Part shown: positions 17,366 through 26,359 of the stretch, in pieces
Numbering within the stretch: position 1 is the first letter of the stretch
Layout: each line of letters starts with the position of its first letter
Source: Candidatus Woesebacteria bacterium
GTDB lineage: Bacteria > Patescibacteriota > Microgenomatia > UBA1400 > PJMF01
Length of the DNA: 64,000 nt
Direction: 5' to 3'
NCBI GenBank assembly: GCA_050123235.1
Contig: JASFHL010000001.1
Location: 20,651 to 84,650, forward strand
Translations under genes and position numbers: made by a program
Notes under the pieces: generated by a model
Told to the model about the DNA's origin: nothing
Seen by the model: the letters and a program-made list of their open reading frames with translations, nothing else
Databases searched by the model: none

Positions 17366-18937
17366 TTATTTAAGTTTTGCACTGGCAAGCATTTCAGCCT
17401 CCAGCAGCTCTTGTTTAAGAATTTTTGCTAAGTCAGCCGGCAAGTAATGCTTATTATTCCAAGATTTTAAGACTTTTGATGTTCTTTTTTCTAAGTTTTT
17501 TTCTTGCGCTAAGATTTTGTTTTTAACTGCTTTTAAGACAATGGGCAATGGTTCTGATGATTGTTCATATTTTTTAACACTCAGATAAAAGGCAATCAAG
17601 GTTTCTTCATGAGTACCTACACATTCAAATGGTTTTTGAGTGCCAAAGCCAATCAATTCCCAAGCTATGTCTAAGAGTTCTGCTTTTTCAAATAAATTTT
17701 CTGAGAAAATATCGTTACATAGTTCTTTTTTATCAACAAAAGGGAAGAGAATAGTAAAGACAAACAAACACTTGGGGCAATGATGACACCAGTGATTACT
17801 GCGTTGCCCAACATTGCAACTGCGGAAGCTAGGATGATATTGAGGGTAAGCGGCAAAAAGTTTGGCGATTTGCAATTCATAAACTGGGCGAAGAAAAGAA
17901 AAATAGAGTGGGTGAGAGGGCAAATTTCGATTTCTTATTAAGTTTATTTCTTTGCTGCCACCTTGCCCGGAACCAAGCAAGTCATTTTGAAACAAGTAAC
18001 GCTTAGCATAATCTCTAAATTTTGTTTCAAAGTCAAAGGTTTTCGAGTACTGGTGATTAATTTGCTGGCCATGGAAAATTAAATTTTCTTCATTAGCTGA
18101 GCGTTCGTTAGCCAGGACAACGTATTGGTAAGCAGAAATATATGCCAAAACGCTACTCAAGAAGGCCAAATAGGCGCTATAAGGAGTATGACCATTCAGA
18201 TAACCTTGTCGGTTAAGATCAAGCAGTTTTTGATCTATACGGCGGTTAATTTTAATAGTTTCTTGGCAATGGCTTTTTTGAATAGCAGTTCCTGAAGCAG
18301 GACTTTGTGGATGTAACAATAAACAGCCATATTTTAATTTGTGTTTGTCAAAAATACCCAGAGTTAGAGAAGAGTCTTTACCACCAGCGGCAGGAATCAA
18401 ATATTTTTTTCTTGCTTTAAAGCCAGTTGCCTTAATTTGTTTTTGAGTTTTTTGAACTTCTGAAATCTTGTTGCTGGCGGAACCTGTGACTGTTTGACTG
18501 GATTGAGCTGTGATCTCAGTTTTTTTTCTGTTTTTACTTGCCTCAGCCTTAATTTTAATAAAATCCTGAGCAGTAAAATCAATCTGATTCTGATAAAAGA
18601 ATTCTCCAAGGCCTTTGATAATCAGATCCTTCCACCAGGCTATTTGATCTGGATTTAGCTGGCCAGCTTGGATGATAATCTGAGGTGAGCAACTAGCTTT
18701 CCAATAACTAGGGATTTCTGCTAAACCTAAGTGAAAGATTAGCTTATCCAGTATTTTGGGATCAATCGCTGCTAGATCATCCTCATTTATGCCTTCAATT
18801 GTGAGAGTAGGTTTAAATTTAATGCTTGGTTTTAGCAAAAAATCAAATTCTATTTGCAATTGATTTTTGACAAATTTATAAGAAAAATTTTGGTAGATTA
18901 ATTGAGGGTGTTTTTTTCTAAGTGTTTGAATGTTCAT
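17366..18937 (-). CDS. PP-loop ATPase superfamily protein (PAPS-reductase/TtcA/QueC-like) with C-terminal Cys cluster and ~180-aa N-terminal extension
   Basis: 523 aa. PP-loop-like IPAAGGKDSSLTLG (SGGxDS-type). C-terminal SCNVGQRSNHWCHHCPKC four-Cys cluster. Confidence 0.4.
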   Translation of the reverse strand: MNIQTLRKKHPQLIYQNFSYKFVKNQLQIEFDFLLKPSIKFKPTLTIEGINEDDLAAIDPKILDKLIFHLGLAEIPSYWKASCSPQIIIQAGQLNPDQIAWWKDLIIKGLGEFFYQNQIDFTAQDFIKIKAEASKNRKKTEITAQSSQTVTGSASNKISEVQKTQKQIKATGFKARKKYLIPAAGGKDSSLTLGIFDKHKLKYGCLLLHPQSPASGTAIQKSHCQETIKINRRIDQKLLDLNRQGYLNGHTPYSAYLAFLSSVLAYISAYQYVVLANERSANEENLIFHGQQINHQYSKTFDFETKFRDYAKRYLFQNDLLGSGQGGSKEINLIRNRNLPSHPLYFSFLRPVYELQIAKLFAAYPQYHPSFRSCNVGQRSNHWCHHCPKCLFVFTILFPFVDKKELCNDIFSENLFEKAELLDIAWELIGFGTQKPFECVGTHEETLIAFYLSVKKYEQSSEPLPIVLKAVKNKILAQEKNLEKRTSKVLKSWNNKHYLPADLAKILKQELLEAEMLASAKLK

Positions 18938-19349
18938 TTACAATATTATAAGTTATTATTTTTTAATTTGACAGTGTTAAGTTAGGCTGGGATTTCTTGA
19001 AAGAAAAGATAGAAGTTTAATACAAGATTTTAATTTTTGAAGATTTATAATTTTTTAAATATTTACTCTAGTTAAAAAGTGTTCAAAATTACAAAAAAGT
19101 GAAAAGAGGGTTTTGCTAGTGAGTATATCTTATGATGAATCTTGTGTTCTTTTTGATTGAGTAGTTTTCGTATTTTTTTCAGTAAAAACGAAAAATTATT
19201 GTTTTTACCCATAAAAAATACGAAAAAATCGTAATTTCATTAATTTTGCTTAATTATTTTTTATTGAGAACTGTTAAAATTAAATATAAGGCCTAATCTT
19301 TTTTGGGCTGGTTTCAGCTTTTTAGCTGTATAATTTTTTAGTAAAATTT

Positions 19350-20114
19350 ATGAAAAAGATTGACTCACAGGCACTTCTTTTTGGCATGAAGTTTTTTAGC
19401 AGTTCTAAGGAGGATTTGCTAAAGCTTTTGAAGAAGGGTTTAAAACAAGCTAAAACTCAGTATATCTTCACTCCCAACCCAGAACAGCTTGTGCAGTCTT
19501 CCAAAGATAAATCATTTCTTAAAGCTTTACAAGAAGCAAATATTTTAATTCCTGATGGAGTTGGTTTGGTATGGGCTTCTATAATTCTAGCTTCGCTGGG
19601 CAAAGCCAAAAAAATTAAGGAAAGAATCACCGGAATTGATTTGGCAATGGATCTATTAGAAGTAGCACAAGAGAAGAAACTGAAGGTATTACTGGTAGGG
19701 GGTAGGGGGTATGACAAAAAAGAGCTGCAGGCTAAGTTTGGAGATAATATTTTTTGGACAGAGGCTTACCAAAATGTTAAGCAAGTAAAAGAGCAAGAAG
19801 AACAAGCTTTGCAAAAATCAATCAAAAAACTTAGGCCAGCAATAGTGCTGGTGGCTTTTGGAGCAGCTGAGCAAGAAAAGTGGGTAGTAAAGCATAAGCG
19901 CTTACTAGAGAGTTCAGGAGCTAAGATTGTGATGGTAGTAGGCGGGGCTTTTGATGTGATTTTAGGCAAGATTCCCAGAGCACCAAAGCTGATGAGGTTT
20001 TTAGGGCTAGAGTGGCTTTATCGCCTGATCAAGGAGCCCTGGCGATGGAAAAGACAACTCAGGTTGTTAGATTTTTTGGAGTTGCTGACGAAAGAGATCA
20101 AGAAGAAGAAATAA
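19350..20114 (+). CDS. WecB/TagA/CpsF-family glycosyltransferase
   Basis: 254 aa. LVGGRGYDKKELQAKF ... LVAFGAAEQEKWV ... GLEWLYRLIKEPWRWKR matches the family hallmark GLEWLYRL..EP.R. Confidence 0.8.
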   Translation: MKKIDSQALLFGMKFFSSSKEDLLKLLKKGLKQAKTQYIFTPNPEQLVQSSKDKSFLKALQEANILIPDGVGLVWASIILASLGKAKKIKERITGIDLAMDLLEVAQEKKLKVLLVGGRGYDKKELQAKFGDNIFWTEAYQNVKQVKEQEEQALQKSIKKLRPAIVLVAFGAAEQEKWVVKHKRLLESSGAKIVMVVGGAFDVILGKIPRAPKLMRFLGLEWLYRLIKEPWRWKRQLRLLDFLELLTKEIKKKK

Positions 20115-20130
20115 ATTAATCAGGTATTCA

Positions 20131-20291
20131 AAACTCCCTACAAATAAATATTAGAGTAGTTCGCTACTACATGATATCTTTTTTAAAAGTACAAGGCTCA
20201 CTTGGTGAAGCTCGGTAGTAAGTCGATTGCTAGCTCAAGACCGAACCAGACCTCGCTTCAAAACTCTAATATTTATTTGTAGGGAGTTTTT
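20131..20291. repeat. Inverted-repeat-bounded intergenic element, copy 2 of conserved-core family (candidate structured ncRNA)
   Basis: Perfect 28-bp inverted repeat 20131-20158 / 20264-20291 (aaaactccctacaaataaatattagagt). It encloses a 105-nt core homologous to 859-971. Located between two convergent genes. Confidence 0.45.
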
Positions 20292-20319
20292 ATCAATTTA
20301 GTTTACTTATTTCTCTTCT

Positions 20320-20646
20320 TTACTCTTCGTCATCAGGGTTGATGCCTAGTAACCAGAGGACTGCTTCTTTTTTGTAGCGTCTATCACCTCTAGAGTTGAT
20401 TCTGATAGCAGGTAGTTTACCTCTCTTACCCCAACGTTTGATAGTTAGGGGAGAGACCCTGAGTAAGTCAGCTACTTCTCTGACTGTGAGTAGGTCAGGT
20501 AAGTTGCTTATATCTAGTTTAGCTGCGTCATTAGCCCGACCAGTTTTTTTCTTATCACTATCTGATAAAACACTGGCAGCTTGTTGGTCAGAAGCTTGAG
20601 AGTTGGTTAAGGGTTTGTTGGAGCTGGATTGGGTGTCTGCCATCAT
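20320..20646 (-). CDS. Excisionase-family (MerR-superfamily HTH_17) DNA-binding protein with S/Q-rich N-terminus
   Basis: 108 aa. LLTVREVADLLRVSPLTIKRWGKRGKLPAIRINSRGDRRYKKEAV is the classic excisionase/AlpA-type helix-turn-helix. Confidence 0.6.
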   Translation of the reverse strand: MMADTQSSSNKPLTNSQASDQQAASVLSDSDKKKTGRANDAAKLDISNLPDLLTVREVADLLRVSPLTIKRWGKRGKLPAIRINSRGDRRYKKEAVLWLLGINPDDEE

Positions 20647-20905
20647 TGCAGGGGCCTTTCTGAAAAATACTTGTTAATTGGCTTAAAATAATTAAATATG
20701 TCAAAGTTAAACTTTAACTATATTAAAAGTAGCAGAGTAGTGAAAACTAGGTCAAGGGGCAATTTTGATGTATGAAGCTCGGTGTTTGATTTTGACAGTA
20801 TCCTATAATATTGTTATAATATAAAGTTATCTATGTTCCGCGATGCCACCTAGGGTGCACTGCGCGCCTGCGCGGAGGTGGCGAGAAGTTTTGCACAGGA
20901 GGTGC

Positions 20906-21085
20906 ATGATGGATTGGAAGAAGAAGCTTCAAAATTTTTTGGATAGACTCGCATGGGGAGATGAGAGTCCTCCTCCTGCTTGGGAAATGAGGCCCTGGAT
21001 ACCAAGCTGGTTCGATGTGGTCACCAGCTATGGGTGGCCACTCTTAGTACTAGCAATTGTACTATTGCTACTGCGGGGTTGCTGA
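20906..21085 (+). CDS. Small GC-rich hypothetical membrane peptide (W/P-rich, C-terminal TM)
   Basis: ~59 aa (MMDWKKKLQNFLDRLAWGDESPPPAWEMRPWIPSWFDVVTSYGWPLLVLAIVLLLLRGC). Consensus SD aggaggtg 4-6 nt before the ATG. Followed by a strong intrinsic terminator. Local GC is far above the window average. Confidence 0.4.
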   Translation: MMDWKKKLQNFLDRLAWGDESPPPAWEMRPWIPSWFDVVTSYGWPLLVLAIVLLLLRGC

Positions 21086-21097
21086 ATCTCCCACAAA

Positions 21098-21142
21098 AAC
21101 CCCGCCCTCGGCCTAATGCCGGCGGCGGGGAGTCGTTTTTTA
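21098..21142 (+). terminator. Rho-independent terminator of the small GC-rich gene
   Basis: Stem ccccgcc (21100-21106) / ggcgggg (21124-21130) with an inner cggc/gccg stem, followed by gtcgtttttt. Confidence 0.6.
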
Positions 21143-21190
21143 TAAGCCTGTTTTTTAATAGAAAAAGTTATTTTGTGCTAGTTGATTAAA

Positions 21191-21314
21191 TTATATCTGC
21201 TGGAATAATACTCTAAAAAGCGAACCCTTGACGGTAGCCAGAGTTTCTGCAAAGCAGAAGAACATTCTGGCGAGAGTGGGTGAGTCTTTGAGAATATTAT
21301 TCCAGCAGATATAA
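21191..21314. repeat. Inverted-repeat-bounded intergenic element (third such element, distinct core)
   Basis: 20-bp perfect inverted repeat 21191-21210 / 21295-21314 (ttatatctgctggaataata), with partial extension. 84-nt GC-richer interior holds nested hairpins (gccaga...tctggc; ctgcaaagcag). Confidence 0.4.
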
Positions 21315-21468
21315 ATAGAGATATTCAAACTAGCAGCAAAAGTTATTTTTATACTTTTCGTCTTTTTTTCCGTTATTTTTAATTTTAAAAGTAGTTATTC
21401 ACATTTTTATCTTATAATTATTTTAATTAGATCTTATATTATTTTTAGTTTAAAAAGTTGTGGAAAAG

Positions 21469-21512
21469 TCAAAAAAACTCTCTTGACTAAAAAGCCAAGA
21501 GAGTTTTAATTT
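21469..21512 (-). terminator. Bidirectional intrinsic terminator downstream of rplL
   Basis: Perfect 10-bp stem aactctcttg / caagagagtt with 10-nt loop, flanked by an A-run on one side and a T-run on the other. Confidence 0.55.
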
Positions 21513-21538
21513 TTAAATCTATTTTTAAATTCAAAACT

Positions 21539-21988
21539 TTATTTTAACTCAACCACACAGCCTGCAGCCTCCAATTCTTTTTTGGCGGCTTCGGCATCTT
21601 CCTTTTTGGCAGCTTCTAAGACAGTCTTAGGGGCTGATTCTACAAAAGCCTTAGCTTCACCTAGCCCAAGTTCAGTCTTGAGTTTTCTGACAGCTTTAAT
21701 GGCTGCAATTTTATTTGAGCCGGCATCTTTGAGTACCACATCAAATTCAGTCTTTTCTTCAGCAGCAGCGGCTTCAGCGCCAGCGGCAGCTGGCATGGCA
21801 CCCATCATCATTGGCGCAGCAGCACTGACTCCGAAAGTATCTTCAAGAGCGCTGACCAATTCTGAAACTTCCATTAAAGAGAGTTCCTTGACTGCGTCAA
21901 CAATTTTTTGTAATTTAGCAGGAAGTTTTTTAGTTTCTTTTTTTTCTTCCTTGGTGGCTTCTGCAGTCTTTTTTTTGTCATCTGACAT
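21539..21988 (-). CDS. rplL: 50S ribosomal protein L7/L12
   Basis: 149 aa. Ala/Met-rich hinge and a C-terminal domain ending [37 protein letters not shown]. Confidence 0.9.
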   Translation of the reverse strand: MSDDKKKTAEATKEEKKETKKLPAKLQKIVDAVKELSLMEVSELVSALEDTFGVSAAAPMMMGAMPAAAGAEAAAAEEKTEFDVVLKDAGSNKIAAIKAVRKLKTELGLGEAKAFVESAPKTVLEAAKKEDAEAAKKELEAAGCVVELK

Positions 21989-22078
21989 AAGATCCTTTTT
22001 TTAATCTGAGTCTAAATAACCTCTGGGCCGATTTTATTTTAAGATTCAGATTTTTATTTTTTACAAGTTAATAATTTT

Positions 22079-22603
22079 TTATCCTTTATCTACAATTGCC
22101 TTGAGTACTCCAACTACATCCCTTTGTCCGGCCTTGAGCACATTGACTAGGCCATAACTTGGGCCTTGGATTCTGTTAATTAAAGTGGCAATTAATTCGT
22201 TTTTACTTGGTAACTTACTTAAAGATTCAGCTTCTTCTGGAGATAAAATTTTATCTTCTACACCTTCTTTGCCAGCAGACATAATGCCTTGCTTGATTTC
22301 TAGTTTGTCTGCTTCTTTATGAAATTCAAACACTTTTTTGAGAGCAGAGACTTCATCTTCATAAGAGAAGAGTACAGCATTCATGCCTGTTAGAGAATCG
22401 GTCAATTTGCCTTTACCTACAGCAATATCCATTAGGGTGTTTTTGCAAACATAAATTTCTCCGCCAGCTTCTTTGACAGCATTTCTCAAGTCAACTTGTT
22501 CTTTACTGCTGGTGCCAGAATAATCAAAAACTAGCACTGATTTAGCTCGAGCAAGTTTTTCTTTTAAAGTTTCAACTTGACTAAGATTGTGTTTGTTTGG
22601 CAT
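22079..22603 (-). CDS. rplJ: 50S ribosomal protein L10
   Basis: 174 aa. Immediately upstream of rplL on the same strand. N-terminal [34 protein letters not shown] is typical of L10. Confidence 0.85.
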   Translation of the reverse strand: MPNKHNLSQVETLKEKLARAKSVLVFDYSGTSSKEQVDLRNAVKEAGGEIYVCKNTLMDIAVGKGKLTDSLTGMNAVLFSYEDEVSALKKVFEFHKEADKLEIKQGIMSAGKEGVEDKILSPEEAESLSKLPSKNELIATLINRIQGPSYGLVNVLKAGQRDVVGVLKAIVDKG

Positions 22604-22871
22604 ATTGATCCTAAGTGCAGAGTTTAGACTTGGCTAAGACTAGCCTGCTAGAATGATCTACACAAGTTTTATTAATTTATTTTTATTTAACAAGACAGTG
22701 GGAAATGCTTAGAGGATGCGGCTACTTTTCTCTTTAACCAAAAATAGCGCTGATTAGTTTTATCCTCGGCGTGATTTTCAAGCTTTTGGCCCACGCTGTC
22801 TTGGGAACGAAAATATTATATCATAATTGCTGTTATAATCATCTTCAGATCTTAAAACTAAAAATAATTCC
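22604..22871 (-). promoter_or_regulatory. Probable rplJ 5' leader (L10 autoregulatory leader region) and divergent promoter region
   Basis: 268-bp divergent intergenic region. The part nearest rplJ is locally GC-elevated (gggaaatgcttagaggatgcggc...ggcccacgctgtcttgggaacg). L10(L12)4 leader regulation is well established in other bacteria; this is an inference and the region was not folded. Confidence 0.3.
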
Positions 22872-24032
22872 ATGAAAAAACTACTTCTGATTGGCTCGAT
22901 TGCGATTGATAGAATTATGGTTTTTGATGGTTTATTTGAAGATTTGATCCAGCCAGATAAACTTCATGTCTTATCAGTAGTACCTTTAGTAGATAAAATG
23001 AGAGAAACCAGAGGTGGTACTGCCGCCAATATTGCCTACTCCTTAGCTTTACTAGGTGAAGAAGCTATTTTATATGCTTCAGCTGGGAGAAATGCAAAAA
23101 CTCATCTGAGAAGATTAAAAAAGATAGGCATCAATACTACCTATGTTCGTTATTCCAGGCTAGCTACTGCTAGTTTTACTGTTTTGACTGACAAAAATGA
23201 CTGCCAAGTTGGCGGTTTTTATCCTGGCGCAATGAGTGATGCTGATAATTTGACCATAGAGCGTTTTTTTAAGAATTGGGTTAAAGAAACACAAAAGAGT
23301 AGAGAGAATAAGACTAAACACTCGGCGGAATTTGGAGTTGCTGTGAAAGATAAAGGAACTGAGCACTTTAGTGATGAAAAACTGCTTGATATAGGATTGG
23401 CGAGTTCTAGAAAATCTAGTCAACTGAAATCAGATTTTCTGGTAGTTCTTTCTCCCCACGACCCTCAGTCAATGCTCAAACAGGTAAAGGAGTGTCAAAG
23501 TCTAAATTTACCTCTGTTTTTTGATCCTGGCCAACAGGTGTTGATGTTTTCAGGTGATGACTTAAAAATTGCTATTAAGGCGGCTGATTTTTTGGTAGCT
23601 AATGATTATGAAATGGGCATGATTAGTAAAAAGACTGGTTGGAGTTTGGAAAAAATTGCTCGTCAGCTCAAAATAATGATCGTTACTTTGGGAGGGAAAG
23701 GTTCGGAAGTTTATGAGAATAGACAAGTTAAAAAATCTGGTGATAAAACAGCAAAGAAAAAAAGTTCTCAGGGTCGCATTAAAAAAATAATAGTGCCGGC
23801 AGTGAAACTAGAGCAGACAGTTGATCCCACTGGAGCTGGTGATGCTTACAGAGCTGGTTTTTTATATGGCTATATCAGAGATTGGCATTTGAGGGATTGT
23901 GCCCGTTTAGGTTCAGTGGTGTCTAGTTTTGTACTTGAAAAACATGGAACTCAAGAACATAGCTTTACTAAAAAAGCAGTTGCCAAAAGATTTAAAGACA
24001 GTTATGGTGTTAGTTGTAGATTAATGTTTTAG
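22872..24032 (+). CDS. pfkB-family carbohydrate/nucleoside kinase (possibly adenosine kinase)
   Basis: 386 aa. pfkB signature VDPTGAGDAYRAGFLYGY near the C-terminus. Lysine-rich insertions. Adjacent to ahcY. Confidence 0.7.
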   Translation: MKKLLLIGSIAIDRIMVFDGLFEDLIQPDKLHVLSVVPLVDKMRETRGGTAANIAYSLALLGEEAILYASAGRNAKTHLRRLKKIGINTTYVRYSRLATASFTVLTDKNDCQVGGFYPGAMSDADNLTIERFFKNWVKETQKSRENKTKHSAEFGVAVKDKGTEHFSDEKLLDIGLASSRKSSQLKSDFLVVLSPHDPQSMLKQVKECQSLNLPLFFDPGQQVLMFSGDDLKIAIKAADFLVANDYEMGMISKKTGWSLEKIARQLKIMIVTLGGKGSEVYENRQVKKSGDKTAKKKSSQGRIKKIIVPAVKLEQTVDPTGAGDAYRAGFLYGYIRDWHLRDCARLGSVVSSFVLEKHGTQEHSFTKKAVAKRFKDSYGVSCRLMF

Positions 24033-24056
24033 ACAGCTTTCTAAAAAAGGAATACT

Positions 24057-25361
24057 ATGCCAAAAGACTATAAAGTAAAAAACCTTTCTCTCTGGAAATG
24101 GGGACGAGAGGAAATTAAATTAGCAGAAAAAGAAATGCCAGGTTTGATGGCATTGCGTAAAGAATTTGGCAAAAAAAAGCCACTCAAAGGCGCCCGCATC
24201 GCCGGTTCCCTGCACATGACTATTCAAACAGCGGTTTTGATTGAAACTCTCCAAGAATTAGGAGCAAAAGTAAGATGGGCTTCCTGTAATATTTTTTCCA
24301 CTCAAGATCACGCTGCAGCAGCGATTGCCAAGACAGGTACGCCAGTTTTTGCCTGGAAAGGAGAGACAGAAAAAGAATATTGGTGGTGCACTGAACAAAC
24401 TCTTAAGTTTAAAGACAAAAAAGGTAAAATCATCGGTCCCAATATGTTGCTCGACGATGGTGGAGATATAACTTATTGGGTTCATGAAAAGCATCCACAG
24501 TTAGCCAAACAAATTAAGGGTGTTTCTGAAGAAACTACTACTGGAGTGCATCAACTATATAAAATGATGAAAAAGGGGGAACTTAAGATCCCAGCTATGA
24601 ATGTTAATGACAGTGTGACTAAATCAAAGTTTGATAATCTTTATGGTTGTAGGGAATCACTGGCCGATGGTCTCAAGCGTGCCACTGGGGTGATGATTGC
24701 TGGTAAGGTGGTCTTAGTTGCTGGCTACGGTGATGTTGGCAAGGGTTGCGCTCAATCGATGCGAGGTTTTGGAGCGAGAGTGATTGTGACAGAAGTTGAT
24801 CCAATTTGTGCTTTGCAAGCAGCCATGGAAGGTTTTGAAGTCAAGACAATAGAAGATGTAGCTGAAGAAGTAGATATTTTTGTGACTGCTACCGGTTGTA
24901 AGGATGTGATTACACTCAAACATATGAAGAAAATGAAAGATGCAGCCATTGTTTGTAATATTGGCCATTTTGATGTAGAAATCCAAGTTAAAAAACTGAT
25001 GGATTATCCTAAAATCAAAAGAACCACGATTAAGCCACAAGTTGATGTCTTTACCTTTCCCAATGGCAAAAGAATTATTCTTTTGGCTGAAGGTCGCTTG
25101 GTCAATTTAGGTTGTGCTAATGGTCATCCTTCATTTGTGATGTCAAATTCATTTTCCAATCAAGTTTTGGCCCAGATTGAACTTTTTAATCATGATTATG
25201 AGGTGGGTGTTTATCGCTTACCTAAACAGCTTGACGAGAAAGTGGCAGCACTACATTTAGAGCAGATTGGGGTGAAATTGACTAAGCTAAGCAAGGATCA
25301 GGCTAGTTATTTGGGCCTGAGGTCCAAGGGGCCATTCAAGCCAGAGCATTATCGGTATTAA
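24057..25361 (+). CDS. ahcY: Adenosylhomocysteinase (S-adenosyl-L-homocysteine hydrolase)
   Basis: 434 aa. [24 protein letters not shown]-binding [46 protein letters not shown]-terminal [12 protein letters not shown]. Confidence 0.9.
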   Translation: MPKDYKVKNLSLWKWGREEIKLAEKEMPGLMALRKEFGKKKPLKGARIAGSLHMTIQTAVLIETLQELGAKVRWASCNIFSTQDHAAAAIAKTGTPVFAWKGETEKEYWWCTEQTLKFKDKKGKIIGPNMLLDDGGDITYWVHEKHPQLAKQIKGVSEETTTGVHQLYKMMKKGELKIPAMNVNDSVTKSKFDNLYGCRESLADGLKRATGVMIAGKVVLVAGYGDVGKGCAQSMRGFGARVIVTEVDPICALQAAMEGFEVKTIEDVAEEVDIFVTATGCKDVITLKHMKKMKDAAIVCNIGHFDVEIQVKKLMDYPKIKRTTIKPQVDVFTFPNGKRIILLAEGRLVNLGCANGHPSFVMSNSFSNQVLAQIELFNHDYEVGVYRLPKQLDEKVAALHLEQIGVKLTKLSKDQASYLGLRSKGPFKPEHYRY

Positions 25362-25460
25362 AGAAAATGATATTGATCAATTAAGAATCATAAATTGCAT
25401 ACTAATGGAATCTTTGTTATAAAATGTGAGAATGATTGGTAATTTTATAATAATTAAAAA

Positions 25461-25691
25461 ATGAAAAAAAATACATACATTACTGAATTTGACGAAAAGA
25501 TATTTTGGTTAATTGATTTGTATGAAAATAAAAAAATTTCAAAAAAGGTTTTGAAGATTAGTATAGGATTTCTCTTTCAAAGACATTATGGACATCAATT
25601 TCAAGAATTAATTCTACAAAGTGATGGTAGGCAAAAGTTACTTGGTATAAATTATAAAAAGATAACAGAATATTATAATGATCCCATCTAA
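25461..25691 (+). CDS. Hypothetical protein
   Basis: 76-aa ORF. Slight overlap with the next ORF. No motif recognized. Confidence 0.3.
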   Translation: MKKNTYITEFDEKIFWLIDLYENKKISKKVLKISIGFLFQRHYGHQFQELILQSDGRQKLLGINYKKITEYYNDPI

Positions 25692-26031
25692 AAAGCTTAC
25701 TAAAAAAGAGACCAGTGAATTAAAAATGATAGCTGGTCAGATGATTGATCATTCACCTAAACTTACCGAACGACATATTTCGACAATTCTTAAACAAAGA
25801 GGGACGGCGATGTCCTATCATCATAAGGATAATCAAAAGGCATTAGATAATGAGTTTCAAGGAAAGAGGGACAAAAAACAAATATTAACAGGTGCCGGCA
25901 TTTTTTTGCTTTTATTTATAGCTTTAGTTGGCTATTTTGATAGACAATATATTAAAGATATTTTGCAGATAATCAGTGGTTTCCTTGCTGGAGGAGGTGC
26001 AGGTTATTTTTACGGTAAAAAAAGTAAATAA
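25678..26031 (+). CDS. Hypothetical protein with C-terminal TM segment
   Basis: 117 aa. C-terminal GIFLLLFIALVGYF ... FLAGGGAGYFYG hydrophobic/Gly-rich segments. Confidence 0.35.
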   Translation: MIPSKKLTKKETSELKMIAGQMIDHSPKLTERHISTILKQRGTAMSYHHKDNQKALDNEFQGKRDKKQILTGAGIFLLLFIALVGYFDRQYIKDILQIISGFLAGGGAGYFYGKKSK

Positions 26032-26159
26032 ATATTTAAAAATAAAAAATTTGCAAAAAGCAAATTAAATTGTATAATCAATTACGAATGTTATTAAAAC
26101 AAGTCATCACCACAACTACTACCAGCTCCAAATAAGGAGGGTGTTGTTGTTGGTGAAGA

Positions 26160-26196
26160 CAAAAAAAAACAGCCTCCGAAAACGGAGGTTTTTTTG
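26160..26196 (+). terminator. Rho-independent terminator
   Basis: A-run, stem cctccg / cggagg with loop aaaa, then ttttttt. Confidence 0.5.
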
Positions 26197-26359
26197 TGGC
26201 TGGCGGAGAGTGGGAATTCTGGAAGTTTAATTTAAGCGATTCTCTTGGAATTAAATTCCGTGAATTAAGACCTAATACGAAACATATAAATAAATTGAAG
26301 TTTTGTCAACGCTATTTATAGATAGTATGATAAATAAATTAAAATTAAAAAGGAAAATT

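Noticed and set aside
19160-19230. Imperfect AT-rich inverted repeat (ttttcgtattttttt / aaaaaatacgaaaa) upstream of the glycosyltransferase gene
   Set aside because: Low-complexity A/T runs in a divergent promoter region. Pairing is imperfect and expected by chance in this composition.
20830-21145. GC-rich segment as a structural RNA gene (RNase P RNA, tmRNA, SRP RNA)
   Set aside because: None of the conserved motifs are present: no GGAAAGUCCGG or AGGGUGAAA for RNase P, no tRNA-like acceptor/T-arm with a tag ORF for tmRNA. The segment instead has a perfect SD-ATG-ORF-terminator layout, so I call it a small protein gene. A weak T-loop-like ggttcgatg is present but not in a tRNA context.
26040-26359. 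T-box leader upstream of thrS
   Set aside because: There is a terminator hairpin ~165 nt upstream of the thrS start. I could not find the T-box consensus (AGGGUGGNACCGCG) or a specifier-loop arrangement. More likely it is the terminator of the preceding gene.
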